Shown here: positions 1 to 12,336 of the stretch, piece after piece | Position numbering within the stretch: the stretch's first letter is position 1 | Layout: each line of letters begins with the position of its first letter | From: Caecitellus pseudoparvulus | Lineage: Eukaryota; Protista; Bigyra: Bicosoecida | Length of the DNA stretch: 64,000 nt | Reading direction: 5' to 3' | Assembly (NCBI GenBank): GCA_965644315.1 | Contig: CBFFRQ010000053.1 | Location: 62,001-126,000 of the forward strand | Notes under the pieces: generated by a model | The model's database searches: none | The model's input: only the letters and a program-made list of their open reading frames with translations | What the model was told of the DNA's origin: nothing | Program-made: the position numbers and the translations under genes

Positions 1-3000
1 GGACTTCAGGGGGGGGCACGAGGCCTGAAGACAACACTGCAGTGCTGTCCAGGGTGGCATTCGCCGACGCCAGCGCTGACAGGGACCGATGCGGCAGCTG
101 GAAGGACGCCGTGACGAGGTCCACCACACGGGGTGCCAGCTCCTCCCGCGCAGCCACGACAAGCAAAATGCTGCCCAGTGCCCGCACGCACACTGTGCGA
201 ACGTACCGGGCTGCTGCCTCCTGGCGACTGGGCAGTCGTGGGCCGGCAGCCACTGCACTGGCCTCAGTCAGGGTTGACAGCATGGACCTGCCCGAGGGCG
301 TGGGGGGTGGGTTCGGCCCGGAGGCGGACGGCGCCTTGCCCACTGACCGCGCCCAAGCAGTGGCCCGCCGGCGAGCCATGTCCATGGCCACCTTGCCCCG
401 CACTTGCTCCCGCGCACGGAGGCCCTGCGTCGGGGGAGGCGCCCGCTGCAGCTCGTGGGCCGTGTCCGCGAATGTTGGCGGCACGGTGCCAGTGCGCAGG
501 ACAGTGTCGAACAGGCGCTTGGCGGCAGCGGTGGAGACGGGCGCCATGGACTGCCGCCGTGCGGATGCAGTGGGCGCTGGGGCGTCGTCCGTCGTGGGGC
601 GCTGCAGCAGCACAGGCAACTGGCTCCCCGTCTCCTCTGCCTCCCGCAGGAGAGCTTCCTCCGCTGCCGCCTCCTCAGCCGCCTCTGCAGCTGCTCGTGC
701 AATGGCGGACTGCTCCAGGTCTTGCACTGCTCCTTGCATGCTCGCTTGCAGCTTGGCGTCCGCCTTGGTCGAAGCGTAGCGCTGTAAGGACGGGTCTTTC
801 ACTGTGGGGCAGGCGTTCAAAGCGTGCTCGATGCAGGCTACCCACTGCCCAATGGACTGGCGGGGCACGTCCAGCAGTGTCACGGCCCAGATGTCGTGGC
901 GCCATTCGGCGTCAGACACGCCCAGCCACTTGCGCAGGGGCTGGGGAGGGGGCCACACTGCGCCACGCGGCGCCGCCTGGTGCACCTGGGCGTGTGGAGA
1001 CGGCGTGGAGGGGGCAGTGCTCCCTTCGTCCTCATCTTCCTGAAAGTAGTGATCGTCAGAGTCGTCGGCGAGCGGCGGCGGAGGCATGCCGTCCACCGTC
1101 CATGAGCCACACCAAACTCGCAGCCATGGTCCGCGGAACGTTTCGTCAATGCTGGGCGGGTCGTTCACACTGCCCATGCCTCGTGGGTCGCGCCGAGACC
1201 CAGCTGCCGCTGCCGCCAGACGCCTGCCCCCTGCACTGGCCCCCAACATGCGCTTGGCCTGCATCCGGTCCAGCTGGCGGGGAGGCGGCACGTGGGGGCG
1301 GTGTGACTGCCGGCACAGGCTGGCAAACACCCTGCCCATGAACCGATCCCGCAGGGACCGAGACGGGAACACTGGCACCAGCACAGCGGGGTCTGCGGCG
1401 TCGTGCCCCACAAGGCGAATGGCTGCCGACCCACCTGACAGCGGCGACTCAACGGCACCCCCAAAGTGCACGCCGTGCACGCGCACATTCGTGGTGCACC
1501 GCATGCGGGGGTGGATGTGCAGCACTCGAATCAAGTGCCAGCGAGGGAGCAAATCTGCCGGAAACGATGCGGCTGCTCGGGCAGTGGCATCACCCGCAGC
1601 AGCTGCGGTGGCAGTCTCAGCCACCTGGGACATCCCACGTCTGCCCATGCCATCGCTCGCATCACCAATGTCACTGCCTGCGTCCCGATCCCCTGTTGAG
1701 CCCTTTGAAGCATACAGCGGGGACAGTGCCAGGGTTTGCCGCCGGGCTCGTTTGCGAGTGGCTGTCGTGTGGGCAGGGGACGGCGGCCCCCCAGTCCCGC
1801 CCGTCGCGCCTGCTGCAAACGCGACAGACCCACGTCCGTGCACTCTGCCGGCCCCCTCAGCCTTGCGCTCCTGCTCTTCCTGTGCGGCGACTTCGTCTTC
1901 TTGGCCGCGAATGGCAGCTGCCATGTGCTGCGGCAGGAAGGGAGCCAGCCCTGGCTGCCTATGCCCAGCGCGCCACGCCCGCGTCGCCAAGAACTGCAGC
2001 TCCTCGCGCGACAGGTCGCTGGCGTCCTGCACTCGCTGCCATTCCTCCACTGCTCCGTACTGGCAGTCGACGACGACACGACGTGGCAGTGCCACCACGC
2101 CATCTGCGCCGTTCACCAACACGCCCCCCTGCATGGCCGGACCGGTCGTGCTGAACGCTGTGCTGCTTCTCTGACTAGCAACTGAGCCTGCGACGCTCTC
2201 TGCATCTCGATGTGGTTCCGCGCTGGCTGCCAGAGCGCCCTTGAGGCTTGCCGCGGCCTTCTGGCGCACGGCAGCGACGCTGCCCACCGCATCCAGAGTG
2301 GACATGACCAGGACGTCGTATGCGGTGCGGGAGTTGGACAGCACCACCTCGCTGCGATCGAAGCGCAGAGGGGAAGCAGGCCTCACTGCGTGCAGTAGTG
2401 CAGCGAACAACCACGCCTCTGTCGGCTGGCTGAACCACAGCGGGACACGGACGACCCGCGGAGGTGACGCTTCTGCCTCTGGCGCAGGCACCTGCACCGC
2501 CACCACCACCAAGGCGGGGTCCTCCACGTCTTGCTCGACCTGCTTCACTTCAGCAGGGTCCAGGACCAGGACAGCGGGCTTGTCCAGCGTTGCCTTTCCC
2601 CTTGCCCGCTTGGAGCCTTGCGCTAGCTGGCTTGCCTCGCTCAGCATCAAGAAGCGCCCGTTGTGCTCCTGCAGCTGAGGGGCGCTCAGTCCCAATGCAC
2701 CGAAGCCAAGGCCTTCAGCGTTCACAGCGCCCCGCAAGACGAAGACCTGGGCAGGGGAAGGTGCCTCCGTGCTGGGCAGCTGTCCTGGAGGCGCCGGCGA
2801 TGCAACTCACCTTGAGCCTCGGGTCAAAGGCCAGCGATATCTTCCTGCCCTGGGGAATTCCATTGATGAACCCTCTTTCAGGCCTGTCACAGAGCCGCAC
2901 AGAGCACGCCGGTGCACGTGGGGCGGTTGGGCCAGGTTAGGCGTTGGGCGTCGCACGCGACGGCAGGCTCACCTGAGGTCAGCCCTTCGGTTCGGCGCGA

Positions 3001-3076
3001 CGGCAATGACATGGAAATCAAGCAGCCCTGCAACTGAAGGAAAGTCAACACGCACATCCACGCTTTCGCCCTCCAT
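1..3076 (-). CDS. Large protein with a degenerate inositol polyphosphate 5-phosphatase-like domain; 3' end runs off the window
   Basis: Manual minus-strand translation: ATG at 3076, introns 2884-2972 (GTGAGC..CTAAC..ACAG) and 2747-2810 (GTGAGT..CCAG), then an open frame to the window edge. Motifs LRVWCGSWTVDG, LRKWLG, DIWAVTLLD, WVACIEHAL and LGSILLVVAAREELAPRV follow the 5-phosphatase N-terminal pattern. The ORF track misses it because there is no stop in the window. Confidence 0.65.
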
Positions 3077-3264
3077 GCTGTAGGGGCCAGGGTTCGCGCG
3101 GTGCGGGGCACCAACAAGGCAGCGAGCGTTGGCCTGGCGTCGCAGCGTGTAGCGGCCTCCGTGCAAAGGGTGGCGGGCAGCGAGGCACCTAATGACAGAC
3201 CAAGCAAGCCAACATCCGCAACGCAGTTAGGCGCGGTGAATTGCGACGGCGTGGCGAGTGCCCC

Positions 3265-4718
3265 TCAGCGCTCGGCCTCCTCAACGTCCTCCACCTCGTA
3301 TTCGTCTGGCACGACGCCTGCCACTTCTTCGCCTGACATGGTGGACAGCTTGGTGGAGACGGAGTCGTTCAAAAATACCTCTTCGCGCTCCTCCTGAATG
3401 CGCTGGCGGATACGCCTCTCAATGGCGTTGGCAGCTTCGGGGTGTTCCTTCAGCCACAGCTTCGCCTTCTCCTTGCCTTGGGCAAACGTGCTCCACTCCC
3501 CATCTTCTGCCGCTTGCCAGTCAAAGGTGGAGAGGTCGGCGGGCGGTGCTGAGGGCTTGCCCTCGTCCCCCTCGTCACCCTCCTCGTCCCCCTCATCCTC
3601 CTCTGGCTCCACCAAATCCAGGAACGCAGAGGGCAGGCTGAGCCATGCTCCAGACTTGCCAATGCACTTGAAGTCGATGCCAAGGTCCACGATCTCCCCC
3701 ACTTTGGAGATGCCGTAGCCGTACGTCATGTCGAAGAGGGCCTGGCGGAAGGGGGGCGCAAGCTTGTTCTTCACGACCTTGACGCGCGTCGTGTTGCCGA
3801 CGATCTCCTGCCCCGACTTGATCTGGCCGGTGCGGCGAATGTCCAGGCGCACAGAAGAGTAGTACTTCAAGGCATTCCCGCCCGACGTCACGTCAGGGGA
3901 GCCAAACATCACGCCAACCTTGGTCCGGATCTGGTTGATGAAGATGATGAGGGTGTCGCTGTGCGCCAGGGACGCATTGAGCTTGCGCAGGGCTTGCGAC
4001 ATCAGGCGTGCCTGCAGGGCAACGTGGTGGTCCCCCATGTCCCCCTCGATCTCAGCTTTGGGCACCAGCGCTGCCACCGAGTCCACCACGACGACGTTCA
4101 TGGCCCCAGAACGCACCAAGGTATCGGCAATGTCAAGTGCCTGCTCCCCTGCGTCTGGCTGGGACAGGTACAGCTTGCTCAGGTCCACGCCGACCTTGGA
4201 GGCGTACACAGGGTCCAGCGCGTGCTCCACGTCGATGAACGTCGCGGTCAGACCAGCCTTCTGAGCCTCTGCGATAACATGCAAAGCAAGCGTTGTCTTG
4301 CCGGAAGACTCCGGGCCGAAGATTTCCACGACACGCCCTCGGGGCAGGCCGCCAATGCCAATTGCCATGTCAATGGTCAGGCTGCCGGTGGAAATGACCT
4401 CCACATTGGCAGGGGCGACGTTGGCACCAAGCTGCATGATGGAACCCTTTCCAAACGAACTTTCAATCTGTGACAATGCAGCTGCCAGTGCAGAGTCCTT
4501 GCCTGTGGCGCGGCGTAATGGTGAGGTGGGTGCGGGTCAGTGGCTTGCTCAAAGAGGCACGCGGCGTGAAACGCCACCAACGCACCACCCGTAGCTTTCG
4601 CGCCTGCGGCAGCACGCTTGCGCGCCATGCCTCTCGCTGGCACAGCAAATGGCAATCCAAGTTCGCTACTTGCGAGGGCAAGTCTCCGGGACAGGCGTCG
4701 CTGCGCGGCGCCCCACAT
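3265..4718 (-). CDS. recA: RecA recombinase, bacterial-type, probably mitochondrion-targeted
   Basis: Walker A GPESSGKT, Walker B VVVVDS, RecA motifs [34 protein letters not shown] and KNKLAPPF. Arg/Ala-rich first exon ([16 protein letters not shown]) joined by an intron at about 4503-4585. Confidence 0.96.
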
Positions 4719-4912
4719 GGCGACGTGTATGGTGTGGGCAAATGGCTACGCGTTTCGTGCTTGCTATCAAGCACAAGAGAAGCAGTTCATCGCGTGCACA
4801 TGGATTGAAAGCGATAAAATAATTTATACTAGACAGGCACACTATTGCACACGCCAGCAAGATAGGCACAGCTCGGCCGCCCCCCCTGTGAACCCCCCCC
4901 CCTCACCACGCC
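4719..4912. promoter_or_regulatory. Compact bidirectional promoter (recA / CHI-fold gene)
   Basis: 194 bp between divergent ATGs, with an AT-rich core GATAAAATAATTTATACTAG in otherwise GC-rich DNA. Confidence 0.55.
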
Positions 4913-5767
4913 ATGCTCCGCAACACGCTTCGGACCGCAGCTGCTGGGGCGACCTTTGCAGCCGCCTCCTGGGCTTCCTCGCCTGTCCTCGCTGCAAACG
5001 CAGTGGAACATCTGGCAGAACCATGGACGCATCAGCCCTTCCCCCTGGTCTTGCCCTCGGAGAGCAAGGCGGGCACCACCATGCACTTGGCAGGGTGAGT
5101 GGCGTTTCATCTGCGAAACGCCAAAGCCGTGCATCATGCCGCACCCGCCCGTCCCTTGACTTATCCACGCAGGATCTCCGTGCGCTGCATGCTGAACTGG
5201 TGTCATGTTCCCATCGCTCGGGCGTATGCCTTTGCCGTGTATGTTGATGACGCGTGCCTGCAGGAGCTGGGCAGGGCTGACCAAGCTGACGCAGCTGAAT
5301 CCGTGCTGGCCCTCAAGGCTGCCAGGCCGGATGCTGCCACGATCACCGTGGTGCTGAAGATGGCCAGAGACATCGACGGGGAGCACTTGGCCCACGGCTT
5401 CTACAACTCTGTGCTGGCGAGGGCCAAGGGCGGCAGGGGGGATCCCGACGTCCTGGCCGCCAGCCGAGCCTTCGCTAACCAGTTCAAAGGCATGCGCCTG
5501 GCCAGGGGCGATGAAGTGCATTTCACGTGGCAGCGGGACGGGAGCGTGACCACCCTGGTGGAGGGCAGTGCCCCTGCCCGCCCCTTCAAGGTGGACCTGC
5601 CGTCCGTCGCCGAGGCCATCTTCGCAGTGTACGCAGGCCCCGACGCCGTGTCGGCGGACGGGCGCGCCGCCCTGCAGCGGAACCTGCGAGACATGGTGGC
5701 AGCCGCCAAGTCGGGGTCTGACCCTGCCCTCGCGGTCAAGGCGCGGCATGGCGCCGACCGGGCGTGA
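4913..5767 (+). CDS. Chalcone-isomerase-fold protein (FAP/Aim18/Aim46-like), likely mitochondrial
   Basis: Intron 5095-5172 joins ..AEPWTHQPFP..HLAG to ISVRC..RAYAFAVYV. Also LKMARDIDGEHLAHGF, GDEVHFTW and AIFAVYAGPDAVS, typical of the CHI fold. N-terminus resembles a presequence. Confidence 0.8.
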
Positions 5768-5768
5768 C

Positions 5769-7180
5769 TCAGCCACTTGCGTCGTACACGATGTCCGACA
5801 GGCTATAACGCAGGGCGAACCCTGCAGCGCAGGCCGCAGCCTGCAACGTGAGCAGCACCAGCACCAAGGTGCGCTCGTGCAGCGGGCCGGTCACCCGCAG
5901 CACGAGGCAGATGAGGGTGTAGTTGTCGTACTGCTTGCCCTTGTGCGTGAAGGTGGAGGGAGACACGGTGCCAGTGGCTGCGTCGAACTTGGGCAGCCTG
6001 TGGCGCGGGCACGGGTACAGCCTGGTGAGCTGCGGCAGGGAGTAGAGGAAGTTGAAGATTTGAGGGGCGAAGAAGAGCAGCAGGGTTTTCGAGTAGTTGC
6101 CGAAGATGCCGGCGACTGCTAGCGTCATGCCTGCGAAGTAGCAGAACGTGTCGCCCACGAACACCTCCGCCGGGTACCAGTTGAAATGCAGCAGCGCCCC
6201 CGTCACGCCCACGAAGGGGAAGAGCAGGGACATGGAGAAGTTGTGCGGCCAGGTGGGGTCGCTGTACGGGTGCTGCCACATCTCGAAGACGTTGGTGAAG
6301 AGCATGGCAGCGCCGATGACGAGGGCCTGCCCTGCCTCCAGCCCGTTCACGCCAGCGTAGATGTTGATGGCGTTGGTGCAGAAGACGGCCAGCAAGACGA
6401 TGGCGGCGAGGTACCAGCCGTGCAGGTCCACCAAGTCGCCCCCATGCCCCACGTACACCGTCATGCCCACGCCCTGCAAGGCGCTGGCAAGAGGCGTCAG
6501 CTCACCCTCCCACACCAGCAGGCTGCGCAGCGGCAGGGGGATGCGGATGCTCGTCGCTCCAGTGTACATGACCACAAGCGGCAACGCCGCGACGAAGGGC
6601 ACGACGAGCTTGTACCTCCACTTCAAGTCGACAACATCATCCACAAACCCAAGCAGCACGATGACAGTGATGGATAACAGCGCAGCGTTGTACATGGCGA
6701 GCTGAGGGGGCAAGCAAATGGGGTGGGGTGTCGCTTGCACACATGAAACGCTACGCCAGCCAGCGCGGCCTCACAAGGGAAAGGGAAGTGGATGATGCCC
6801 ACGGCAACTCCCCCACAATGATCGCCATGATGTACACGATGCCACACACGATTCCGAGTGCTTCAGGCCTGACGAAGGAGGGCAGCAGCGGAGCTTGCAC
6901 GGCTGGCCTGGCGTTTCGACCCGCCTCTGCGCACGCACACTTCCACGTGTTCAAGTGGCGTGCCTTTCTTCCCGAGGTCTTTGCCCTTGAGCCCTGCCTG
7001 CAGGGTTAGGTGCTTCATGCGGGGAATGAGGAACCAAACCATCGCTCCTGCGGCCAGGCCGCACAGCGCAGAGTAACAAATCACAGCTTGGTCTTCCATG
7101 GGAGCATTGAGTGCCGCAAACACCGTGGGCGCACCCAACGCAGCAGCTGCTAGCCACTGCAATGCTCGTGCAGTGGACAT
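5769..7180 (-). CDS. DPAGT1: UDP-GlcNAc:dolichyl-phosphate GlcNAc-1-phosphotransferase
   Basis: GLKGKDLGK, VPEALG, LGFVDDVVDLKWRYK, FCTNAINIYAGVNGLE, FVGDTFCYFAG and PCPRHRLP motifs; two introns near the 5' end. Confidence 0.96.
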
Positions 7181-7493
7181 GGTGAGCAGGTAGGTGCAAC
7201 TCCTCGGGGTCTTGACAGCGGCAGGCTCAGCAGACAGCGGTGCCGGGACCGGAGACCGAGCTGAAAACTTGCGTCCAAGCCAGCCGACCACAGGCGCAGA
7301 CACAGGGCTGCTAGCGTTTTGAGGTAGCGAGGGGAGGGTGTGGGCGGGGAGACTGGTGTTGGACGACCCTTGCGAGGGGAGTTTGAGCGGAGGTCAGCAG
7401 TGCCCCCACTGCCGTGCATACGAGCCTGCAAAACCTAAACCATGAACGCATGATCATGCTGCAGCATGGGTGCCCCCAATCACAGTGGTCAGG

Positions 7494-8847
7494 ATGAGTG
7501 GCGCTCCCCGCGCGAAGAAGGCTCGCAAGCTGTGCGAGGCGTGCAGCCTCTCGCCAGCAGTGCTCGTCAGACCGAAAACCGGCAAGCGCATTTGCAAGGC
7601 ATGTTTCTTCAAGGAATTTGAGGCAGAGATTCACCACACTATTGTGGCGAATGGGTTGTTCTCGCCGGGGGATCGAGTGGCCATCGCAGCGTCAGGCGGG
7701 AAAGGTGAGACAAGCCAGAGTGGCGAGAAACGACAGCGAAACGACAGTCCGCTCCCTGTGCCTGCCAGACTCGACTGTGCTGGCGCATGTCATGACCAAG
7801 CTAAATCGGGAACACGGATATGGACTGGACCTCTTCCTGCTCTCAGTGGACGAGGGCATCACAGGGTACAGGGACGACTCCCTCGAGGTACGCGGCTGCG
7901 CCTGTGCCTGGTTCTCATGCAGCGGCCCCAGTCACAACCCTTGGCCCTCGCCCCGTTCACTTGCTGCTCAGACTGTGAAGCGTAACCAGCAGCAGTACGA
8001 GGTCCCATTGGTGGTGGTGTCGTACAAGGACCTGTACGGGTGGACCATGGACGACATCGTCGCCTCCATCGGACTGAACTCCAACTGCACTTTCTGCGGT
8101 GTGTTCAGGCGGCAAGCGCTGGACCGTGGAGCTGCGCTGGCCAAGGCCGACAAGGTGGTCACGGGCCACAACGCAGATGACGTGGCAGAGACTGTCCTCA
8201 TGAACATTCTGCGCGGGGACATTGCGCGCCTCGGCCGCTGCACGAACATCGTCACTGGGGCGGGCGGCTTCATGCCCCGCTCCAAGCCGTTCAAGTACGT
8301 GTACGAGAAGGAAATCGTCATGTACGCATACTTCCACAAGCTGGACTACTTCTCCACGGAGTGCATCTACAGCCCCAACGCGTACAGGGGCTATGCGAGG
8401 GAGTTCTTGAAGGACATTGAGCGCGTGCGGCCAGCCGCCATCCTGGACATCATCCACGCCGCAGAACACATGAAGGTGGCAGAGGGAGGCGCAGGGGCTG
8501 CACCAGCGCAGGTGCAGCACGCCTGCGTCAAGTGTGGCTACATGTCCTCGCAGCCCGTGTGCCAGGCGTGTGTGCTCATGCGGGGTCTGAATGCTGGCAC
8601 GGCTCGTGTCGCCCTCACCTCTGCCGCACGGAGGTCAGACATGGTGGCAGACATTGCGAGGGAAGCGGAGGCAGCCTCACAGCAAGCCACTGAGCTGCCT
8701 GATTCCAGAGTAGCTGTCCTCATCACCGGCCCCGACTCCGCCGCTGACGTCATGGCCAGCGGCTCAGCGCAGTGGGATGCTGTCGGGGGTGTAGACATCC
8801 TTGCTGCGCCCAGGACTGCGGCGGCATCCTCAGACATGAGTTGGTAG
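7494..8847 (+). CDS. CTU1: Cytoplasmic tRNA 2-thiolation protein 1 (Ncs6/Ctu1)
   Basis: PP-loop SGGK|DS split by an intron, [36 protein letters not shown]- and C-terminal CxxC zinc fingers. Confidence 0.96.
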
Positions 8848-9031
8848 AGTCCACTGTGCGGGGCCAGGGCGAGCGAGTCGCTCCATGGCGCTGGATGCTG
8901 AGGCCAGCGGGCGCTGCTTGACCCATCGAGTATCGAGCATGGACACTTTCATCACGCCGGGCACAGCGCCTGCGAAAGCGCCGCACCATTTCATTTGTAA
9001 TGCAGCAGTTCCCTTGCCCATTGCCCTCACC

Positions 9032-12000
9032 ATGGAGGCGGGCGGGTCAGCCACTGCGCCACTGCTTGCCAGCTCAGGCAGCCTGAACCAATCCCCAGCC
9101 TCCACCGAAAAGAGTGAGCAGTGTACAGCGGCAAGCTTTGCGCACCTGGTGCTGCACGCAGACACACATGCATTGATCTCCACCCCCTCTCGCAGAGGAG
9201 GATGGGCCCTCTAAGAATGCCTTAGGTATGCTGGGCGAGCTGATTGGCAGCCTGCTGCACTGCACTTTCACCGCACCACCACCCGCTTGCCACGCCCCTT
9301 GCAGGCACGGTCATGGGCGTCTTCTTGCCTTGCATCCTGAGCATTTTTGGTGCGTTGTTGCCCCGTTTGCCGGCCCTCTCCCGTGTCAGGGCCACCCTAG
9401 CGTGTGCTCACGTGCCGCCCCCTTCGCTGGTGCTCAGGCGCCATTCTCTTCCTGCGGCTGCCCTGGTGTGTCGGGCAAGCTGGAGTGGTGGGGGCCCTGC
9501 TGACCTTCGGGCTGGGGGCTTTCGTGGTCACACTCACAGCCCTTTCCGTGGCTGCCATCAGCACCAACGGAGCTGTCAAGGGTGGGGGGGCATACTTCAT
9601 GATTTCCCGCGCGCTGGGCGTGGAGTTCGGCGGCGCTGTCGGCGTGTGCTTCTTCCTCGCATCCTCCATCGGCGTGACGTTCTACCTCGTCGCCCTGGCC
9701 ACCGAGTTGGACTCCCTCGTGGGGTGGCGGGAGAAGGACCCCTGGGTCATCCGCATGTACGCCATCGGCAGCCTGGTCCTGCTGCTGGGCATATCCCTCA
9801 TGGGCGCCAAGTACTTCACCAAGTTCAACGCCGTTGTGGGCCTGTGCTTGTCTGCCAGCATCATCGCCGCGACGGTGAACTTCCTCATGGGCGTCTCGGA
9901 GGTGAACGGGTACACGGGTCCCTCCCTGAAGACCCTGGCGGACAACTTGTCCTTCCAGTACTCGGTGGACGTGTCCACTGGTGAGCAGATGTCCTTCTTC
10001 AAAGTCTTCATCGTCGTCTTCCCAGCCATGACAGGCGTCATGGCTGGCGCCAACATGAGTGGCGACCTTGCCCGGCCCGGCGAGTCCATTGGAGCTGGCA
10101 CACTGTGGGCCCTCGGCGTCGCCGTGTCCGTGTACGTCGTTCTCATCCTCGTCATTGCCTGCAGCGTGGACGGGCACGCCCTGGCCACCAACTACAACAT
10201 CATGCAGGACGTCACGAAGCCACACGCCTTCATCGCCCTGGGCCTCATCTGCTCCACCGTCTCCTCTGCGCTGGGCTCGTTGGTGGGCGCGGGGCGCGTG
10301 CTGCAGGCCTTGGCGCGCGACAACCTCTTCCCCATCCTGCGCCCCTTCGCCTACGGCACTGCTTCCGGCGACGAGCCGGTGCCCGCCATTCTCCTGGCCT
10401 TCTGTATCGCTGCCTCCTGCTGCTTCATCGGCTCCCTCAATGCCGTGGCCAGCATCGTCTCGGGCATCTACCTCCTCGTGTACCTCTTCACCAACATGGC
10501 CTGCTTCCTCCTGCGTGTCGCCGGCGCGCCCAACTTCCGCCCCACCTTCAAGTACTTCTCCTGGCACACCGCCCTCGTGGGCGCCATTGCCTGTGCAGTG
10601 GTACTGTTCCTGTCTTCCCCCGCCTACGCTGGCGCCGCCGTGCTGCTGCTGGTGCTGCTCATTGCATACATTTCCTACAACGCCCCCGTGACAGGGTGGG
10701 GCGACGTCACACAGGCCATCATCTTCCACCAAGTGCGCAAGTACCTCCTCCGCCTGGACGAACGCAAGGCCCACGCGAAGTTCTGGCGCCCCTCCATGCT
10801 GCTGCTGGTGCAGGATCCCTCTGAGGCCGGCGCCATCCCCTTCATCGACTGGGGCAACAACATGAAGAAGGGCGGGCTGTTCATCATTGGCTCCATCATC
10901 GTCGCGCCCAGCTCCTCCCGCACTGTCGCCCGTGTGCCAGCCCTGCGGCACCTGTGGCTCGAGTTCATCGAACAGTTCCGCATCAAGGCCTTCTGGGAGG
11001 TGGCTGCGGCGGACTGCCCTCGCATGGCCGTGCAGAACCTCGTCCTGAGCAGTGGCCTGGGTGGCATGAAGCCGAACATCGTCGCTTTCCCCTTCCCCAC
11101 GCCCCTCGCAGTCCTGGACGCCGCTGGCGTGTCAGGGGCTTCGCCTGAGGGGCGGTCGCTGGTGAGCTGGTCCCAGCGCGAAAGCCTCCTGAGCCCACTG
11201 CCCGGCGGAGATGTCCGCCGGGGCAGCACTGCAGAGGGCAAGGGAATGGCCAGTCGTGTTAAGGCTGCCGGCCCAGCCATGGCTGGCATCCGGCGCATGG
11301 TGGAGAACCCCCACCGAGGGGCCAGCATCGTGGATGGGCCGCTGTCCCCGCCAACGGACAGCCCGGAGGCCTTCCGGGCGCCCCACATGAGCATGGGGGA
11401 AGCGCGGTCCGAGGCGCCGACCGAAGCCGACAAGGACTTCACCCTGGAGATGTCCAGCCGGGACCGCGCTGGGGAGGGCGGCCTGGCAGCTTCCGGCGGC
11501 GCCGCGGCGGGGCCCGCCCTGGACCCCTCCTTCCAGTTCCTGAACAGCAAGGAGTGGCTGCAGAGCTTGCGGGACACGCTGACGCTGAAGAAGCACGTCC
11601 TCATCGCGCGCGCCTTCCAGGGCTTGGACAAGGAGCTGGTGGTGATGGTGGGGGAGCAGGGCAAGGGACCGGGCTTCCTTCGCCGCATGTGTGGCGCCGT
11701 GACACCTGCAAGTGCAGGCAGGAGCCGCCTGGCCGCCAGCGCCCTCACCATTGACGTCTGGTGCACGTCGCTGGAGGTGGAGCACTGGAGCACATCCGGC
11801 AGCCTGGCGCTGTGCCTGCAGCTGGCCCACACCCTGCGGCGCACTGACATGTGGCGCCAGTACACCACCGTGCGGGCTGTGTGTGTGTGCCGGGATGCGG
11901 GTGAGGCGACTGCCATGGAGGAGGAGCTGGGCAAGTTCCTGGCGCAGTACCGCTTCGATGGGACGCAGGTGGTGTGCCTCGCAGCACCGCACCCCTCCCG

Positions 12001-12307
12001 CACAGCTGAAGACAAGACGTACTCCCTGCGCCCCCCCACAGGGCAGCTCCCCCCCCTGCGCGACCCGCGCATCCTCAACCGTCTGCTGCGCAGCAACTGC
12101 TCCAGCACAGTCATGACCTTCCTCCCTCTCCTGGGCGCCACTGTGCCTGAGGAGGACGGCATGGACACGCTGGTGCCAACAGCGGCAGGCCCAGTGGCTG
12201 CGCACCTCCTGGCCACGCACCAAATGGGCACCCTCACTTCTGGCTTGGGTCCCACTCTGCTTGTGCAGGCCAGTGGCGATGAAGAGGTCGTCACAGATGA
12301 ATTGTAG
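9032..12307 (+). CDS. Cation-chloride cotransporter family protein, SLC12A9-like
   Basis: LGTVMGVFLPCILSIFG|AILFLR, AISTNGAVKGGGAYFMISRALG, FPAMTGVMAGANMSGDL, PNFRPTF, RKAHAKFWRP, GLGGMKPN. Three 5' introns including a 30-nt exon. Confidence 0.92.
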
Positions 12308-12336
12308 CGCGGGCCGCAGCTGTGGTCGGGCAGGGC

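Noticed and set aside
42-2678. Long plus-strand ORFs (42-779, 133-1341, 1086-2174, 2241-2678)
   Set aside because: Antisense shadows of the real minus-strand gene. High GC suppresses stop codons and the translations lack domain-like sequence. The same applies to most overlapping ORFs in the track (e.g. 9434-10951, 10675-12294, 23733-25241, 55784-57340).
3265-4718. recA as bacterial contamination or recent transfer
   Set aside because: It has a spliceosomal intron and a presequence exon, and is flanked by intron-containing eukaryotic genes with similar composition.
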